Source of the DNA: Bacteroidetes bacterium RIFCSPLOWO2_12_FULL_37_12
GTDB lineage: Bacteria; Bacteroidota; Bacteroidia; 2-12-FULL-37-12
Reading direction: 5' to 3'
DNA: 64,000 nucleotides
NCBI GenBank assembly: GCA_001769655.1
Contig: MEPC01000042.1
Span: 93,125-157,124 of the forward strand
Part shown: positions 41,393 to 51,361 of the stretch, piece by piece
Position numbering within the stretch: the first letter of the stretch is position 1
How the letters are laid out: every line of letters starts with the position of its first letter
Translations under genes and position numbers: made by a program
The notes under the pieces: generated by a model
The model's input: the letters and a program-made list of their open reading frames with translations, nothing else
Databases searched by the model: none
What the model was told of the DNA's origin: nothing

Positions 41393-42856
41393 ATGCCATC
41401 AATCCTACCCGAATTTGATTGTGATATTTTTATCAGTTATCAGGCAGATGATTCCGTTTCTGCCGACTGGGTAAAAGTATTTGCTCAGCAATTGGAAATG
41501 GAATTAAAAACATTGATTCCTAATTCCGTTCACATTGAATATTGGAAAAGTCAGGCAAACATTTCCCAATTACCTAAATCACTTTTATTTATTCCAGTCA
41601 TTATTAAATCCTATTGCCAGGAAAATTCACCCTATTGGAATGATGAATTTATGCGCTTTCATGACAGCGCCTGCCATGATAACCTGGGACTAGTCGTTAA
41701 AGTAAATGCGTATTGTTCTTACAATAGAATATTACCGGCAAAAATCAGCTTTCCTGATAAATCACAAATGCTTCTCCTCGAAAAAAGCACAGGGCATCCT
41801 TTCAAGACCTTTGACTTTGTTTATGAAGGACATGACCGCCTTGACCATCCGCTGAAGCCAGAAGATAATTTCAACGACCTTGGTTTACATCAAAAAATGG
41901 CATTCAGAAGTCAATTAAATAAACTGGCATTAGTTATAAGCGACATATTAAAGGCAGTAAAAAACCCAAGTTTAGCTGAAAAAGAAAATTATGGAGTGAT
42001 TTACATTCCTTGGACCTCTGCCGACCTTAAACTAAAACGGGAAGAACTCATACTCATATTGCAAAATTCAGGGATGCTGGTAATTCCTCAATATGACTGC
42101 CCCATTGACGAAGAGAAATTTAAAAATATAGTGAATGAATGTGTTTCCCAGACAGATGCTTCCATACATTTGGTAAGTGACGAGTATGGTAGAAGCTTTG
42201 AAAACGATGAAAAAAAATCTTTTGCCATGTATCAGTTGGAACAGGCAAAATCCGTTTTAGCAAATCATATTAAACCATTTCGTATTTTTATAAACTATTT
42301 TAAAACAGGGGGAGTGGTTTCTCCTTTACAGGAGTCATTTATTCAGCAAATCAGAAACAGCTTGTCTGACGGGATTATGTTTATGAATGCCACTCATCTT
42401 ATGTATCTTGCAGAAGATTTACGGCAAAATATTCTTGATAGTAAACTGACCGCCAGGAAAGAGATTGAATCGGACCTTCTTTTAGTGTATAACTACTTGG
42501 ATATTGACCGTGCCGAAGAAATCAAAAAAGAAATTACACAAGATATGTCTTGCAGGTTTTCAAGCTATATGATGAATGGAAACAAAGACGGAATCAATGA
42601 CATTCAGAAAAATGTACAGGGAAGCCGCCTTACGATTGTTTTCAGCAAAGAAACGTTCAACTGGGCTAAGCCATTTGTTCAGTATCTTTGGAAACTTACC
42701 GGAGGAGTTCACTCGAAAAACCAAATTGCATGGATTGGTGAAATTGATGGGGAAAAGGAACCTGAAACCCTTCGTCTTCCCGGTATTATACATAAATTTG
42801 CAAAGAAAGAGAATATTGTTTCAGAAATAAAAAAGATTTTTAACCCATTTTCATAA
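41393..42856 (+). CDS. TIR-like domain protein, 487 aa. The N-terminal TIR is followed by two further flavodoxin/TIR-like segments.
   Basis: Carries the TIR beta-A motif FDCDIFISYQADD, beta-D plus SxW..E (LLFIPVIIKSYCQENSPYWNDEF) with a conserved Glu, and later GVIYIPWTSADL and LTIVFSKETFNWAKPF. It starts 19 nt after the LuxE-like gene and ends 2 nt before the STAND gene. Confidence 0.5.
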   Translation: MPSILPEFDCDIFISYQADDSVSADWVKVFAQQLEMELKTLIPNSVHIEYWKSQANISQLPKSLLFIPVIIKSYCQENSPYWNDEFMRFHDSACHDNLGLVVKVNAYCSYNRILPAKISFPDKSQMLLLEKSTGHPFKTFDFVYEGHDRLDHPLKPEDNFNDLGLHQKMAFRSQLNKLALVISDILKAVKNPSLAEKENYGVIYIPWTSADLKLKREELILILQNSGMLVIPQYDCPIDEEKFKNIVNECVSQTDASIHLVSDEYGRSFENDEKKSFAMYQLEQAKSVLANHIKPFRIFINYFKTGGVVSPLQESFIQQIRNSLSDGIMFMNATHLMYLAEDLRQNILDSKLTARKEIESDLLLVYNYLDIDRAEEIKKEITQDMSCRFSSYMMNGNKDGINDIQKNVQGSRLTIVFSKETFNWAKPFVQYLWKLTGGVHSKNQIAWIGEIDGEKEPETLRLPGIIHKFAKKENIVSEIKKIFNPFS

Positions 42857-42858
42857 CA

Positions 42859-45800
42859 GTGACACCCTCCGTTTCCACTCATTGCCCCTACATTGGTTTA
42901 CGTCCATACCGTGAAGAAGAATCCCTTTATTTTAAAGGACGCGATTCCCACATCCTGGAAATCCTGGAAATGATTAAGCAGGATAATTTCATCATGATGA
43001 CAGGGGCATCGGGCGACGGGAAAACATCGTTGGTAAAAGCAGGAGTCATTCCTGCATTGAAAGCCGGATTAATCAATACGCAATTCAATAATTGGATCGT
43101 TGCAAGTTTCCGTCCCGAAAGAAATCCGCTGGGTAACTTTGCCAAAAGTTTATCCAACGCTCTCGGATATCAGACCCCTGAGAGCGTGGAATCATTAATG
43201 GGGTATGGTTTTTCCTCCCTTTGCAACCTCTACAAAAATTCGCCTTTCTATGTAGATGAAAAAAGTGATTCATTTCTTTCACTAACTCCCGAAGAAAAAA
43301 AGAAAAAACAACATCAAGCCGCCAATCTGTTGATTTTTACCGACCAGTTTGAAGAGTTTTTTACAAACGTGGAAAATTATACCGAAGGAATTCCATCCGT
43401 AAATTCGCAAACCGTTATAAATCTATTGCTTGAAACCAAAAAACTTGCAAAGGACGAAAAACTTCCCATTTATATTCTGTGTACCATGCGATCCGACTAT
43501 ATGGGATCTTGTGCCGCTTTTCCCGGATTGCCCGAATTAATTCATCGTAATCATTACTTCGTTCCCCGTCTTAAAAGAAACGAATTGATGAAAGCCATTA
43601 AGGAGCCCTGCCTGCTTACCGGTTATTCCATTACCGATCGCTTAGTGGAGCGATTGATTTTTGATTTGAAAGAATGTATAGAAATTCTTCCCGTTTTGCA
43701 ACATGTCTTGTATCAAATCTGGCATATTGCTTCCTTAGAAAACGTACCCATGGACCTGATTCATTATGCCATGGCAGGTGGAATGCCCAAAGTGGAGCTC
43801 CCTCAGGAAGATCAAGTCACTTTTAAAAATTGGTTCGCAAAACTTCCGGAATACAAACGTCTGCTGTTTGAGAATCCATCCATTGGAAATGTGCTGGATG
43901 CCCATGCTTCAGAATTATTTGAAATCGCACATAAAAGAACTTCTACTCAAGCGCCGGTGGGCGAACAACTTTCCAAACATATTATCCGGGTTGCTTTTAC
44001 TTGTCTTACCCGCATGGATAATGGAAAAGCTGTGAGAAACCGTGTGACGATCAAAAATATTGCTGAAATGGTGGATTTGCCGGGGGTTGACCACAGAACC
44101 ATTGGCAGAGTTCTGAATAACTTCAGAGAACAAGGCAACACATTTATTCAGCCATTTATTTATGATTTGGATCAAACCATCGTTGAAGTGTCACTCAAGG
44201 AGGAATTAGTAAAACCGGATATCATACTCGACATCACGCATGAAGCATTAATCAGAAATTGGAGTTTGCTGCGAGATTGGGTGGACAAGGAACAGGAAAG
44301 CGTAAAAATATATATAGACCTTGAAAACCAGCTTGACCGTTGGGTAAAGAACAGTAAAAAGAAAGAATACTTGCTTGGGGAAGGAACATTGGAATATTTT
44401 TATCAATGGTTTCAAAACCAAAACCCTAATGCCGGTTGGATAAAAAGATACATGCTTGAAAGCAGAATAAAACTTTCAAAAGAAAAAGAAAAGTCCGGAG
44501 AAAACACCGAACTCACATCCACTAACGGAAATCATTCAACTCCCGATCTCACTAATACGCTTAACAACAAGGAAGAGCAGGATAGAATGAAATCAAAACT
44601 TGCCCGCTTGCGGTTACAAAACATCCGTGAGTTCCTGAGCCATAGCCGTAAAAATATTTCTTTCAAAAAAAATTTTACCAGGAGCACCATTCTTCTCATT
44701 TCATTTTTGCTGGTACTGTCCATCATTGGATTTATCAATGCCAATAAAGAGAGAACCAATGCCATTGAATCAAATAAAGTTTCAAGATCGAATGAACTTT
44801 CTTACAGGTCTTTTCTTACTGTAAATAATGACCCTACCATGGCGTTCCGTCTGGCAGAAGCCGCATATAACGTATATCCCGGGACGTATGCAAAGCAAGC
44901 TGTCATGGAATCGTTTATGAATCCTCCTTTTTACAAATTAATTTCAGGCCATTCGCATTATGTCACTAGTGGAATGTTTTCTACTGACGGACGATATTTA
45001 GTAACCGCATCCAATGATAAAAGCGTACGCCTTTGGGATATTTTTGGCAAACCTCAGGCGGTTATGATGCATGATGATATTGTAAAATCAGTACAATTTT
45101 CTCCCGATAATAAAAAAGTGCTTTCTTGCTCAGCCGACCGTACCATACGTCTATGGGATTTAAAAGGAAATGAAGTTCAAAAACTGACTGCTCATAACGG
45201 AGTGATTAATTCTGCGCAGTTTTCACCCGCAGGCAATTTTATTATTTCTACTTCTGATGACAGTACTGCCATCATCTGGAATATTATTAAACCCTTACGG
45301 ATACTCAAAGGTCATAAAGGTCCCGTTTTATCTGCATCTTTTTCACCAAATGCCCGGCAAATTGTTACCACTTCTTCTGATAACAATCTTATGCTATGGA
45401 CTTTTGACGGAGTTCTTCTTAAAACCTTAGAAGGACATACTGCGCCGGTATTGGGTGCCACTTTTTCAAACGATGGGAAATATATTTTAAGTTATTCCGT
45501 TGATTTTACAGCTAAATTATGGGGCATGAAAGGAAATCTGGTGGCTGATTTGAAAGGACATACCGCACCCTTAACCGGTGCCATTTTTTCGCCGGATGGA
45601 AGCAAAATTTTTACTTATTCAGATGATTTTTCTGGGATTCTCTGGGATTTTTCGGACAAACCCGGCAATGTATATGTACAATTACTTAATTTTTTTCAGG
45701 GGCATAACGGGAAAATTGTTTCTGCTTCTTTTGCAACCGATGGTGAAACTATTGCCACTGCTTCAGAAGACAATACCTGCCGGATTTGGAGCCAGAACGG

Positions 45801-47025
45801 AAACACGCTACACATATTAAAAGCAAATGACTTGTTCATGCTGGCTTTATTTACTCCCAATAGCCAGCGGGTTCTAACTACACATAACAGCGGCGCAATT
45901 AGAATATGGGATTTAACTCAAAAAGAAACCCGTGTGCTACGTAACCATGTAGAATATGTGTGGGATGTCACTGTATCCCAAAGCGGTAAATACATCGTTA
46001 CCTCTTCGTGGGATAATAATGCATGTTTATGGAATAACGCTGGTGAACTTTTAAAAACACTGGTAGGACACACCGATAAAGTATATTACTCTCTGATAAC
46101 TCCCGATGAACAATTTATCATCACTACTTCTTATGATAAAACCATACGGTTATGGAAAATGGATGGGCAATGCCTTCAGACATTATCCGGTCATACCGGA
46201 AATATTTATCAACCCCATATAACAGATGATGGAAAATTTCTCATCACTCCCAGTGCGGATAAAACAGCCATTGTCTGGCAGTTTATCAAAGAAGGTGACA
46301 CTAAATTATTGAAAAAATATGCCACACTCAGAGGGCACATTGGTAGAATTCGGGTTGCCCGTTTTTCTAATGACGGCCGTTTCATACTTACTGCCAGCGG
46401 CGATAACACTGCCCGCTTATGGGACCGTGACGGAAATCTGGTGCGAAAACTAACTGGTCACACTGCTGAGGTTTATACCTGTTGTTTTTCAAAGGATGGC
46501 GCCTATATTATTACGGGTTCATCGGATGGCACTGCACGAATCTATGATGGAATGGGAAATTTTCTGCAAATTCTTGCCGGTCATTCTGAAGGAATAAGCG
46601 ATGTGGTATTTATGCAGAATCAAAAATACATTGTGACTGTTTCTTCAGACCGCACAGGAATTATCTGGAACTTGCTCGGTAAAGATATTGCTCATTTGAC
46701 AGGTCATACAGATTTAATCAATACGGTGGAAGTGTCACCCGATGGGAAATACTTATTGACTTCCTCTGATGATCTTACAGCCCGTGTCTGGGATTTGGAT
46801 GGAAATGAAATCAATGTATTGAAAGGGCACAACGGACAGGTGCAGGAAGCCCATTTTTTCCCCGATGGAAAATCTGTCATCACTTGCTCAAAGGATGGCA
46901 CAGCACGCATCTGGCCTGTTTTTATAGAGGATGTATTCCGGAAAATCAATGATGAAAAATTCAGAGGTGATGTATGGAGTCCTAATCGTGCAGAAAGGAA
47001 GATATTTGGAATGGGGGTGAATTGA
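42859..47025 (+). CDS. STAND-class P-loop NTPase (NACHT/nSTAND-like) with one predicted internal TM helix and at least 14 C-terminal WD40 repeats
   Basis: N-terminal CPYIGLRPYREEESLYFKGRD, Walker A GASGDGKTS and Walker B IFTDQFEEFF. A TM segment STILLISFLLVLSIIGFI lies near aa 620. Repeats of the form GH..V....FSPDG..I.T.S.D.T.R.WD follow. Confidence 0.8.
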   Translation: MTPSVSTHCPYIGLRPYREEESLYFKGRDSHILEILEMIKQDNFIMMTGASGDGKTSLVKAGVIPALKAGLINTQFNNWIVASFRPERNPLGNFAKSLSNALGYQTPESVESLMGYGFSSLCNLYKNSPFYVDEKSDSFLSLTPEEKKKKQHQAANLLIFTDQFEEFFTNVENYTEGIPSVNSQTVINLLLETKKLAKDEKLPIYILCTMRSDYMGSCAAFPGLPELIHRNHYFVPRLKRNELMKAIKEPCLLTGYSITDRLVERLIFDLKECIEILPVLQHVLYQIWHIASLENVPMDLIHYAMAGGMPKVELPQEDQVTFKNWFAKLPEYKRLLFENPSIGNVLDAHASELFEIAHKRTSTQAPVGEQLSKHIIRVAFTCLTRMDNGKAVRNRVTIKNIAEMVDLPGVDHRTIGRVLNNFREQGNTFIQPFIYDLDQTIVEVSLKEELVKPDIILDITHEALIRNWSLLRDWVDKEQESVKIYIDLENQLDRWVKNSKKKEYLLGEGTLEYFYQWFQNQNPNAGWIKRYMLESRIKLSKEKEKSGENTELTSTNGNHSTPDLTNTLNNKEEQDRMKSKLARLRLQNIREFLSHSRKNISFKKNFTRSTILLISFLLVLSIIGFINANKERTNAIESNKVSRSNELSYRSFLTVNNDPTMAFRLAEAAYNVYPGTYAKQAVMESFMNPPFYKLISGHSHYVTSGMFSTDGRYLVTASNDKSVRLWDIFGKPQAVMMHDDIVKSVQFSPDNKKVLSCSADRTIRLWDLKGNEVQKLTAHNGVINSAQFSPAGNFIISTSDDSTAIIWNIIKPLRILKGHKGPVLSASFSPNARQIVTTSSDNNLMLWTFDGVLLKTLEGHTAPVLGATFSNDGKYILSYSVDFTAKLWGMKGNLVADLKGHTAPLTGAIFSPDGSKIFTYSDDFSGILWDFSDKPGNVYVQLLNFFQGHNGKIVSASFATDGETIATASEDNTCRIWSQNGNTLHILKANDLFMLALFTPNSQRVLTTHNSGAIRIWDLTQKETRVLRNHVEYVWDVTVSQSGKYIVTSSWDNNACLWNNAGELLKTLVGHTDKVYYSLITPDEQFIITTSYDKTIRLWKMDGQCLQTLSGHTGNIYQPHITDDGKFLITPSADKTAIVWQFIKEGDTKLLKKYATLRGHIGRIRVARFSNDGRFILTASGDNTARLWDRDGNLVRKLTGHTAEVYTCCFSKDGAYIITGSSDGTARIYDGMGNFLQILAGHSEGISDVVFMQNQKYIVTVSSDRTGIIWNLLGKDIAHLTGHTDLINTVEVSPDGKYLLTSSDDLTARVWDLDGNEINVLKGHNGQVQEAHFFPDGKSVITCSKDGTARIWPVFIEDVFRKINDEKFRGDVWSPNRAERKIFGMGVN

Positions 47026-47222
47026 TAATTAATAATTATACTGTAAACGGAACAAATTTCAGCAAATGTCTATATTGGCATATAGTTCTATTGTTTTATT
47101 GTTTCATTGTTAATTGACTCCATGATTTCAGCACAACAATGAAACTATGTAGCAATGGAACAATGAACAGAGTTACAAGAAAATTTATACCGATTGCAGT
47201 ATAATAATTAATAATTCCTATA
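47026..47222. repeat. A ~190-bp imperfect palindrome with 19-bp terminal inverted repeats (ATAATTAATAATTATACTG / CAGTATAATAATTAATAAT) and nested inner inverted repeats
   Basis: Fills the whole gap between the WD40 gene and serS. The inner arms are ttctattgttttattgtttcattgtt and aacaatgaaactatg..caatggaacaatgaa. Confidence 0.55.
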
Positions 47223-47225
47223 CCC

Positions 47226-48497
47226 ATGCTCGAAATTTCAACACTCCGCCTACACTCCGAAGAAATCACCCAGAAACTTCTAATAAAAAACTTTCCGGCA
47301 GAAAATATAATTAAAGAAGTGCTTAGCGCCGATCAACAAAAACGGGAACTCCAGACCGAATTGGATACTATCAATGCCTCCGGAAACCGTTCCGCCAAAG
47401 AAATAGGGCGCCTTATGACTACCGGACAAAATGCAGAAGCAGAAAAACTTAAAATTGAAGCCACCGGGTTCCGCGAAAAAGCAAAAGAATTAGAACAGAA
47501 AATCAGAGAGGCAGAAACAGCACTTGAAGAACTACTTGTCCGGATTCCTAATACTCCCTCCGAAAAAGTTCCGGCAGGCAAAACCGCCGCTGATAACAAA
47601 CCTGTCTATGAAAATGATTGCAAGCCAACGGCAACCGGCACCTTGTTTCCGCATTGGGACATTATTAAAAAATACGATATCATTGATTTTGAGACCGGCA
47701 TTAAAATTTCCGGTCCCGGATTTCCCGTTTACAAGGGAAAAGGCGCTCGTTTATTACGGGCTTTGATTAATTATTGCCTTGATGAGGCATGTAAAGCCGG
47801 CTACAAAGAAATGATTCCTCCCGTATTTGTGAACTCAGCAAGTGCGTATGCCACAGGACAGCTTCCCGATAAAGACGGAATGATGTATGAAATGAAAGAA
47901 GATAAATTATATGCTATTCCCACCGCTGAAGTGCCACTAACCAACATTTACCGTGATGTCATTCTGAAAGAAGAAGACCTACCGGTAAAAATTACGGGCT
48001 ACACTCCTTGTTTTCGCAGGGAAGCCGGTTCCTGGGGTGCAGACGTGAGAGGATTAAACCGTCTTCATCAATTTGATAAAGTTGAGATAGTGCAAATTTG
48101 CAAACCGGAAAATTCCTACCTGACACTCGAAGAAATGCGAAACTTTGTGCAGAATCTGATTATTTCCCTCGGACTTCATTCCCGTACCTTGCTTCTTTGT
48201 GGCGGTGACATGAGTTTCACTTCCGCAATGACTTACGACCTGGAGGTTTTTGCCGCCGGACAAAAAAAATGGTTGGAAGTGAGTTCGGTCTCAAACTTTG
48301 AAACCTTTCAGGCAAACCGTTTGCGACTCCGTTTCAAAGATGCCAATAAAAAAACACAGCTTGCACACACCTTAAACGGCAGTGCGTTAGGATTAGCGCG
48401 GATACTTGCGGCGATTATTGAAAATTATCAGACACCGGATGGCATAATTGTACCGGAAGTGCTGAGAGCATATACGGGGTTCGAGAAAATTTTTTAG
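47226..48497 (+). CDS. serS: Serine--tRNA ligase
   Basis: N-terminal coiled-coil arm followed by class II aaRS motifs (FRREAGSWGADVRGLNRLHQFDKVE, GSALGLARILAAIIE). Confidence 0.9.
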   Translation: MLEISTLRLHSEEITQKLLIKNFPAENIIKEVLSADQQKRELQTELDTINASGNRSAKEIGRLMTTGQNAEAEKLKIEATGFREKAKELEQKIREAETALEELLVRIPNTPSEKVPAGKTAADNKPVYENDCKPTATGTLFPHWDIIKKYDIIDFETGIKISGPGFPVYKGKGARLLRALINYCLDEACKAGYKEMIPPVFVNSASAYATGQLPDKDGMMYEMKEDKLYAIPTAEVPLTNIYRDVILKEEDLPVKITGYTPCFRREAGSWGADVRGLNRLHQFDKVEIVQICKPENSYLTLEEMRNFVQNLIISLGLHSRTLLLCGGDMSFTSAMTYDLEVFAAGQKKWLEVSSVSNFETFQANRLRLRFKDANKKTQLAHTLNGSALGLARILAAIIENYQTPDGIIVPEVLRAYTGFEKIF

Positions 48498-48511
48498 ATT
48501 CATAACACACC

Positions 48512-50179
48512 ATGTGCGGCATAATCGGTGTATTCACTTCCAATGGCACTGCCAGAGATTTAAGGTCTCAGGTTCTTGAACTGTCCAAAAAAATCCGTCA
48601 CAGGGGTCCCGACTGGTCGGGAATTTATTGTGACACTCACGTAATTCTTACCCATGAACGATTGGCTATTGTGGACCCGCAATCGGGCAGGCAACCTCTT
48701 TACAGCAAAGACCAGAATCTGATTCTTGCAGTAAATGGTGAAATATACAATCATCAGGAATTACGAAAAGAACTAACGGAATACGGGTTTATGACACACT
48801 CCGATTGTGAAGTGATTTTAGCTCTTTACAAAAAAAAGGGGATTCACTTCCTGGATGAATTGAACGGAATATTTGCTTTTGCTTTGTATGATAAAACAGC
48901 AAATAATTATTTTATTGCCAGAGACCCTATTGGCATTATTCCTCTCTATATGGGCTGGGATAAATCCGGTAATTTTTATGTTGCTTCCGAATTAAAAGCG
49001 CTGGAAGGAGTTTGCAATAAAATTCTGGAGTTTCCTCCCGGTCATTATTTATTCAGTGCTGAAAGCGCTGAACCAAAATGCTGGTATCAACGGGATTGGT
49101 CGGAATATGAAAATGTGAAAAATAATGTTTCCAATTCTGTTTTGTTACGAAAAACGCTGGAAGATGCCGTACACAGGCAATTAATGTCGGATGTACCTTA
49201 CGGAGTGCTCCTTTCAGGAGGATTGGATTCATCAATAATTTCTGCCATCACTAAGAAGTTTGCACCTAAACGTATTGAATCCGGCGATATGCAACAAGCG
49301 TGGTATCCGCAATTACATTCCTTTGCTATTGGATTACTGGGTTCTCCGGATTTGGCGGCGGCTAAACAAGTGGCACTGCATATTGGCTCCGTTCACCATG
49401 AAATAAATTTTACCATTCAGGAAGGGTTAGATGCCATCCGGGATGTCATTTATCATTTGGAAACGTATGATGTCACTACGGTAAGAGCGGCTACTCCCAT
49501 GTATTTGTTGGCAAGAGTCATTAAATCCATGGGCATCAAAATGGTATTATCAGGAGAAGGCGCTGATGAAATTTTTGGCGGTTATTTGTATTTTCATAAG
49601 GCGCCTGATCCTAAAGAATTTCACAAAGAAACTGTACGGAAACTTTCGAAATTGCATTTGTACGATTGTTTGCGTGCCAATAAATCGCTGGCGGCATGGG
49701 GAGTAGAAGGGCGTGTTCCGTTTTTAGATAAAGAGGTTCTGGATGTTTCCATGCGTTTAAATCCGGCGGATAAAATGGCTGGAAACGGAAAAATCGAAAA
49801 ATGGATCTTGCGAAAATCTTTTGAGGATTATTTGCCGGAAAGTATTGTGTGGAGGCAGAAAGAACAATTTTCCGATGGAGTTGGCTATAGCTGGATTGAC
49901 ACTCTTAAGGCGGTGGCTGAAAAAGAAGTAAGCGATGAACAAATTAAAAATGCTAAATTTCGTTTTCCCATAAATACTCCTATGTCCAAAGAAGAATACC
50001 GTTACCGTTCCATTTTCAGCGAATTATTTCCATCCGATTCAGCGGCATCCTGTGTGCCATCCGTTAAATCGGTTGCTTGCAGTTCCGCAGAAGCATTGGC
50101 ATGGGATGCGTCTTTTCAAAATTTGAACGACCCCTCGGGGAGGGCGGTAAAAACGGTGCATAAGGAGGGGTATAAATAA
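48512..50179 (+). CDS. asnB: Asparagine synthase (glutamine-hydrolysing)
   Basis: MCGIIGVF Ntn-amidotransferase N-terminus and the SGGLDSS PP-loop. Confidence 0.9.
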   Translation: MCGIIGVFTSNGTARDLRSQVLELSKKIRHRGPDWSGIYCDTHVILTHERLAIVDPQSGRQPLYSKDQNLILAVNGEIYNHQELRKELTEYGFMTHSDCEVILALYKKKGIHFLDELNGIFAFALYDKTANNYFIARDPIGIIPLYMGWDKSGNFYVASELKALEGVCNKILEFPPGHYLFSAESAEPKCWYQRDWSEYENVKNNVSNSVLLRKTLEDAVHRQLMSDVPYGVLLSGGLDSSIISAITKKFAPKRIESGDMQQAWYPQLHSFAIGLLGSPDLAAAKQVALHIGSVHHEINFTIQEGLDAIRDVIYHLETYDVTTVRAATPMYLLARVIKSMGIKMVLSGEGADEIFGGYLYFHKAPDPKEFHKETVRKLSKLHLYDCLRANKSLAAWGVEGRVPFLDKEVLDVSMRLNPADKMAGNGKIEKWILRKSFEDYLPESIVWRQKEQFSDGVGYSWIDTLKAVAEKEVSDEQIKNAKFRFPINTPMSKEEYRYRSIFSELFPSDSAASCVPSVKSVACSSAEALAWDASFQNLNDPSGRAVKTVHKEGYK

Positions 50180-50188
50180 ATTTGAGGT

Positions 50189-51286
50189 TTACCGTATTTT
50201 TTTTCTAATCAAAGGCGCTCCAACACCAAATATCACCAAACATACTAAAATCAGTATAATCCTTTTTTCATTTCTCAACCAGAACCGAAATGCCGGTATT
50301 TTCTTTTCAAATTGGTTTGCCATCTTATTATACTTTGGTAATTGATCCTGTACTAAATCAGGAAATGTTTTTACTAAATCGTCCTCAAGCAATTTAAGCA
50401 TGTTCCATAAACGGTTTCTTGTGTTGGTGTCACTCACCGTAAACACCTTTTCATTGATTTCAAATTCCACTTCTGCAAAGTGCGCCTTGATTCCCCATTT
50501 TTTGGAATTCACAAGATCAAGCGTTAAGGTAATAAAAGTAGTGTCATTTCTTAAAATATAAACCCGTTTCCGTAATTGTTCCAGATCAAGTTTCCGTCTT
50601 AATTTCATAGGATCCGTTTTAAGCAAGGTTGCCTTCTCCAGAAAATCCTTCTGTTCTTTTTTCTTAACCATTTTATATACATATTCATCGGGTTCTCTTT
50701 GCTTTTTTTCCTCTTCCGGCTGAGGAGCACTATCGTTTTTTTTCTTTTTTGATTTAACCGGAAACTTAAATTCCCCGCGTACCAGCGTATCGGATGGATT
50801 TTCAGAGTTAAATTTGATTTGCACTAATTCTTTATCGGGTGACATCTTGCCGGGTTCTTTTTCATAAAATCTTCGCCGGTAACGCACTCCCGCTTTGGCA
50901 TCTAATACATGCAGATTCCTCGTATCATAATACGTGTCTAAAAAAAGTTCTTCGGCAAATCTGGAAAGATAGGGTGAACCCTGATTTTTCAAAATGGCAC
51001 CTCTAAAAACTTCCTTTGTGTCCCTCTCTGGAGAGGGTTGGGAGAGGATTAAAGAACTGTTTTTAGAGGTGCCTAATAGTATTTCCGGATTTTTATAACG
51101 TATTAATAAATAATTCCATACCGCTGATTCTTTTTCCGGAGGCACTGCAAAACGAAATTCAGAATCAAAACGCAAGCGGTTGTACCAGGAAGTTTTTTTA
51201 GGAATAGAACCGGAATCAGTGTCCTGAGCGCATGAATCAGGTACAAAGAGTACGGTAATCCAAAGAAGTAAGAAAATATTTTTCAT
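50189..51286 (-). CDS. Hypothetical secreted protein with a C-terminal TM anchor. Possibly CYTH-like.
   Basis: EFRFAV near the N-terminus and EVEFEI near the C-terminus are reminiscent of the CYTH ExExK signature. This is a weak call. Confidence 0.3.
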   Translation of the reverse strand: MKNIFLLLWITVLFVPDSCAQDTDSGSIPKKTSWYNRLRFDSEFRFAVPPEKESAVWNYLLIRYKNPEILLGTSKNSSLILSQPSPERDTKEVFRGAILKNQGSPYLSRFAEELFLDTYYDTRNLHVLDAKAGVRYRRRFYEKEPGKMSPDKELVQIKFNSENPSDTLVRGEFKFPVKSKKKKNDSAPQPEEEKKQREPDEYVYKMVKKKEQKDFLEKATLLKTDPMKLRRKLDLEQLRKRVYILRNDTTFITLTLDLVNSKKWGIKAHFAEVEFEINEKVFTVSDTNTRNRLWNMLKLLEDDLVKTFPDLVQDQLPKYNKMANQFEKKIPAFRFWLRNEKRIILILVCLVIFGVGAPLIRKKIR

Positions 51287-51361
51287 TTATTTATAATAGA
51301 ACTCTTGCGTAAGATATAAAAATTAAGACACAAAGAAACTAAGAAATACTAAGAAAAAACT

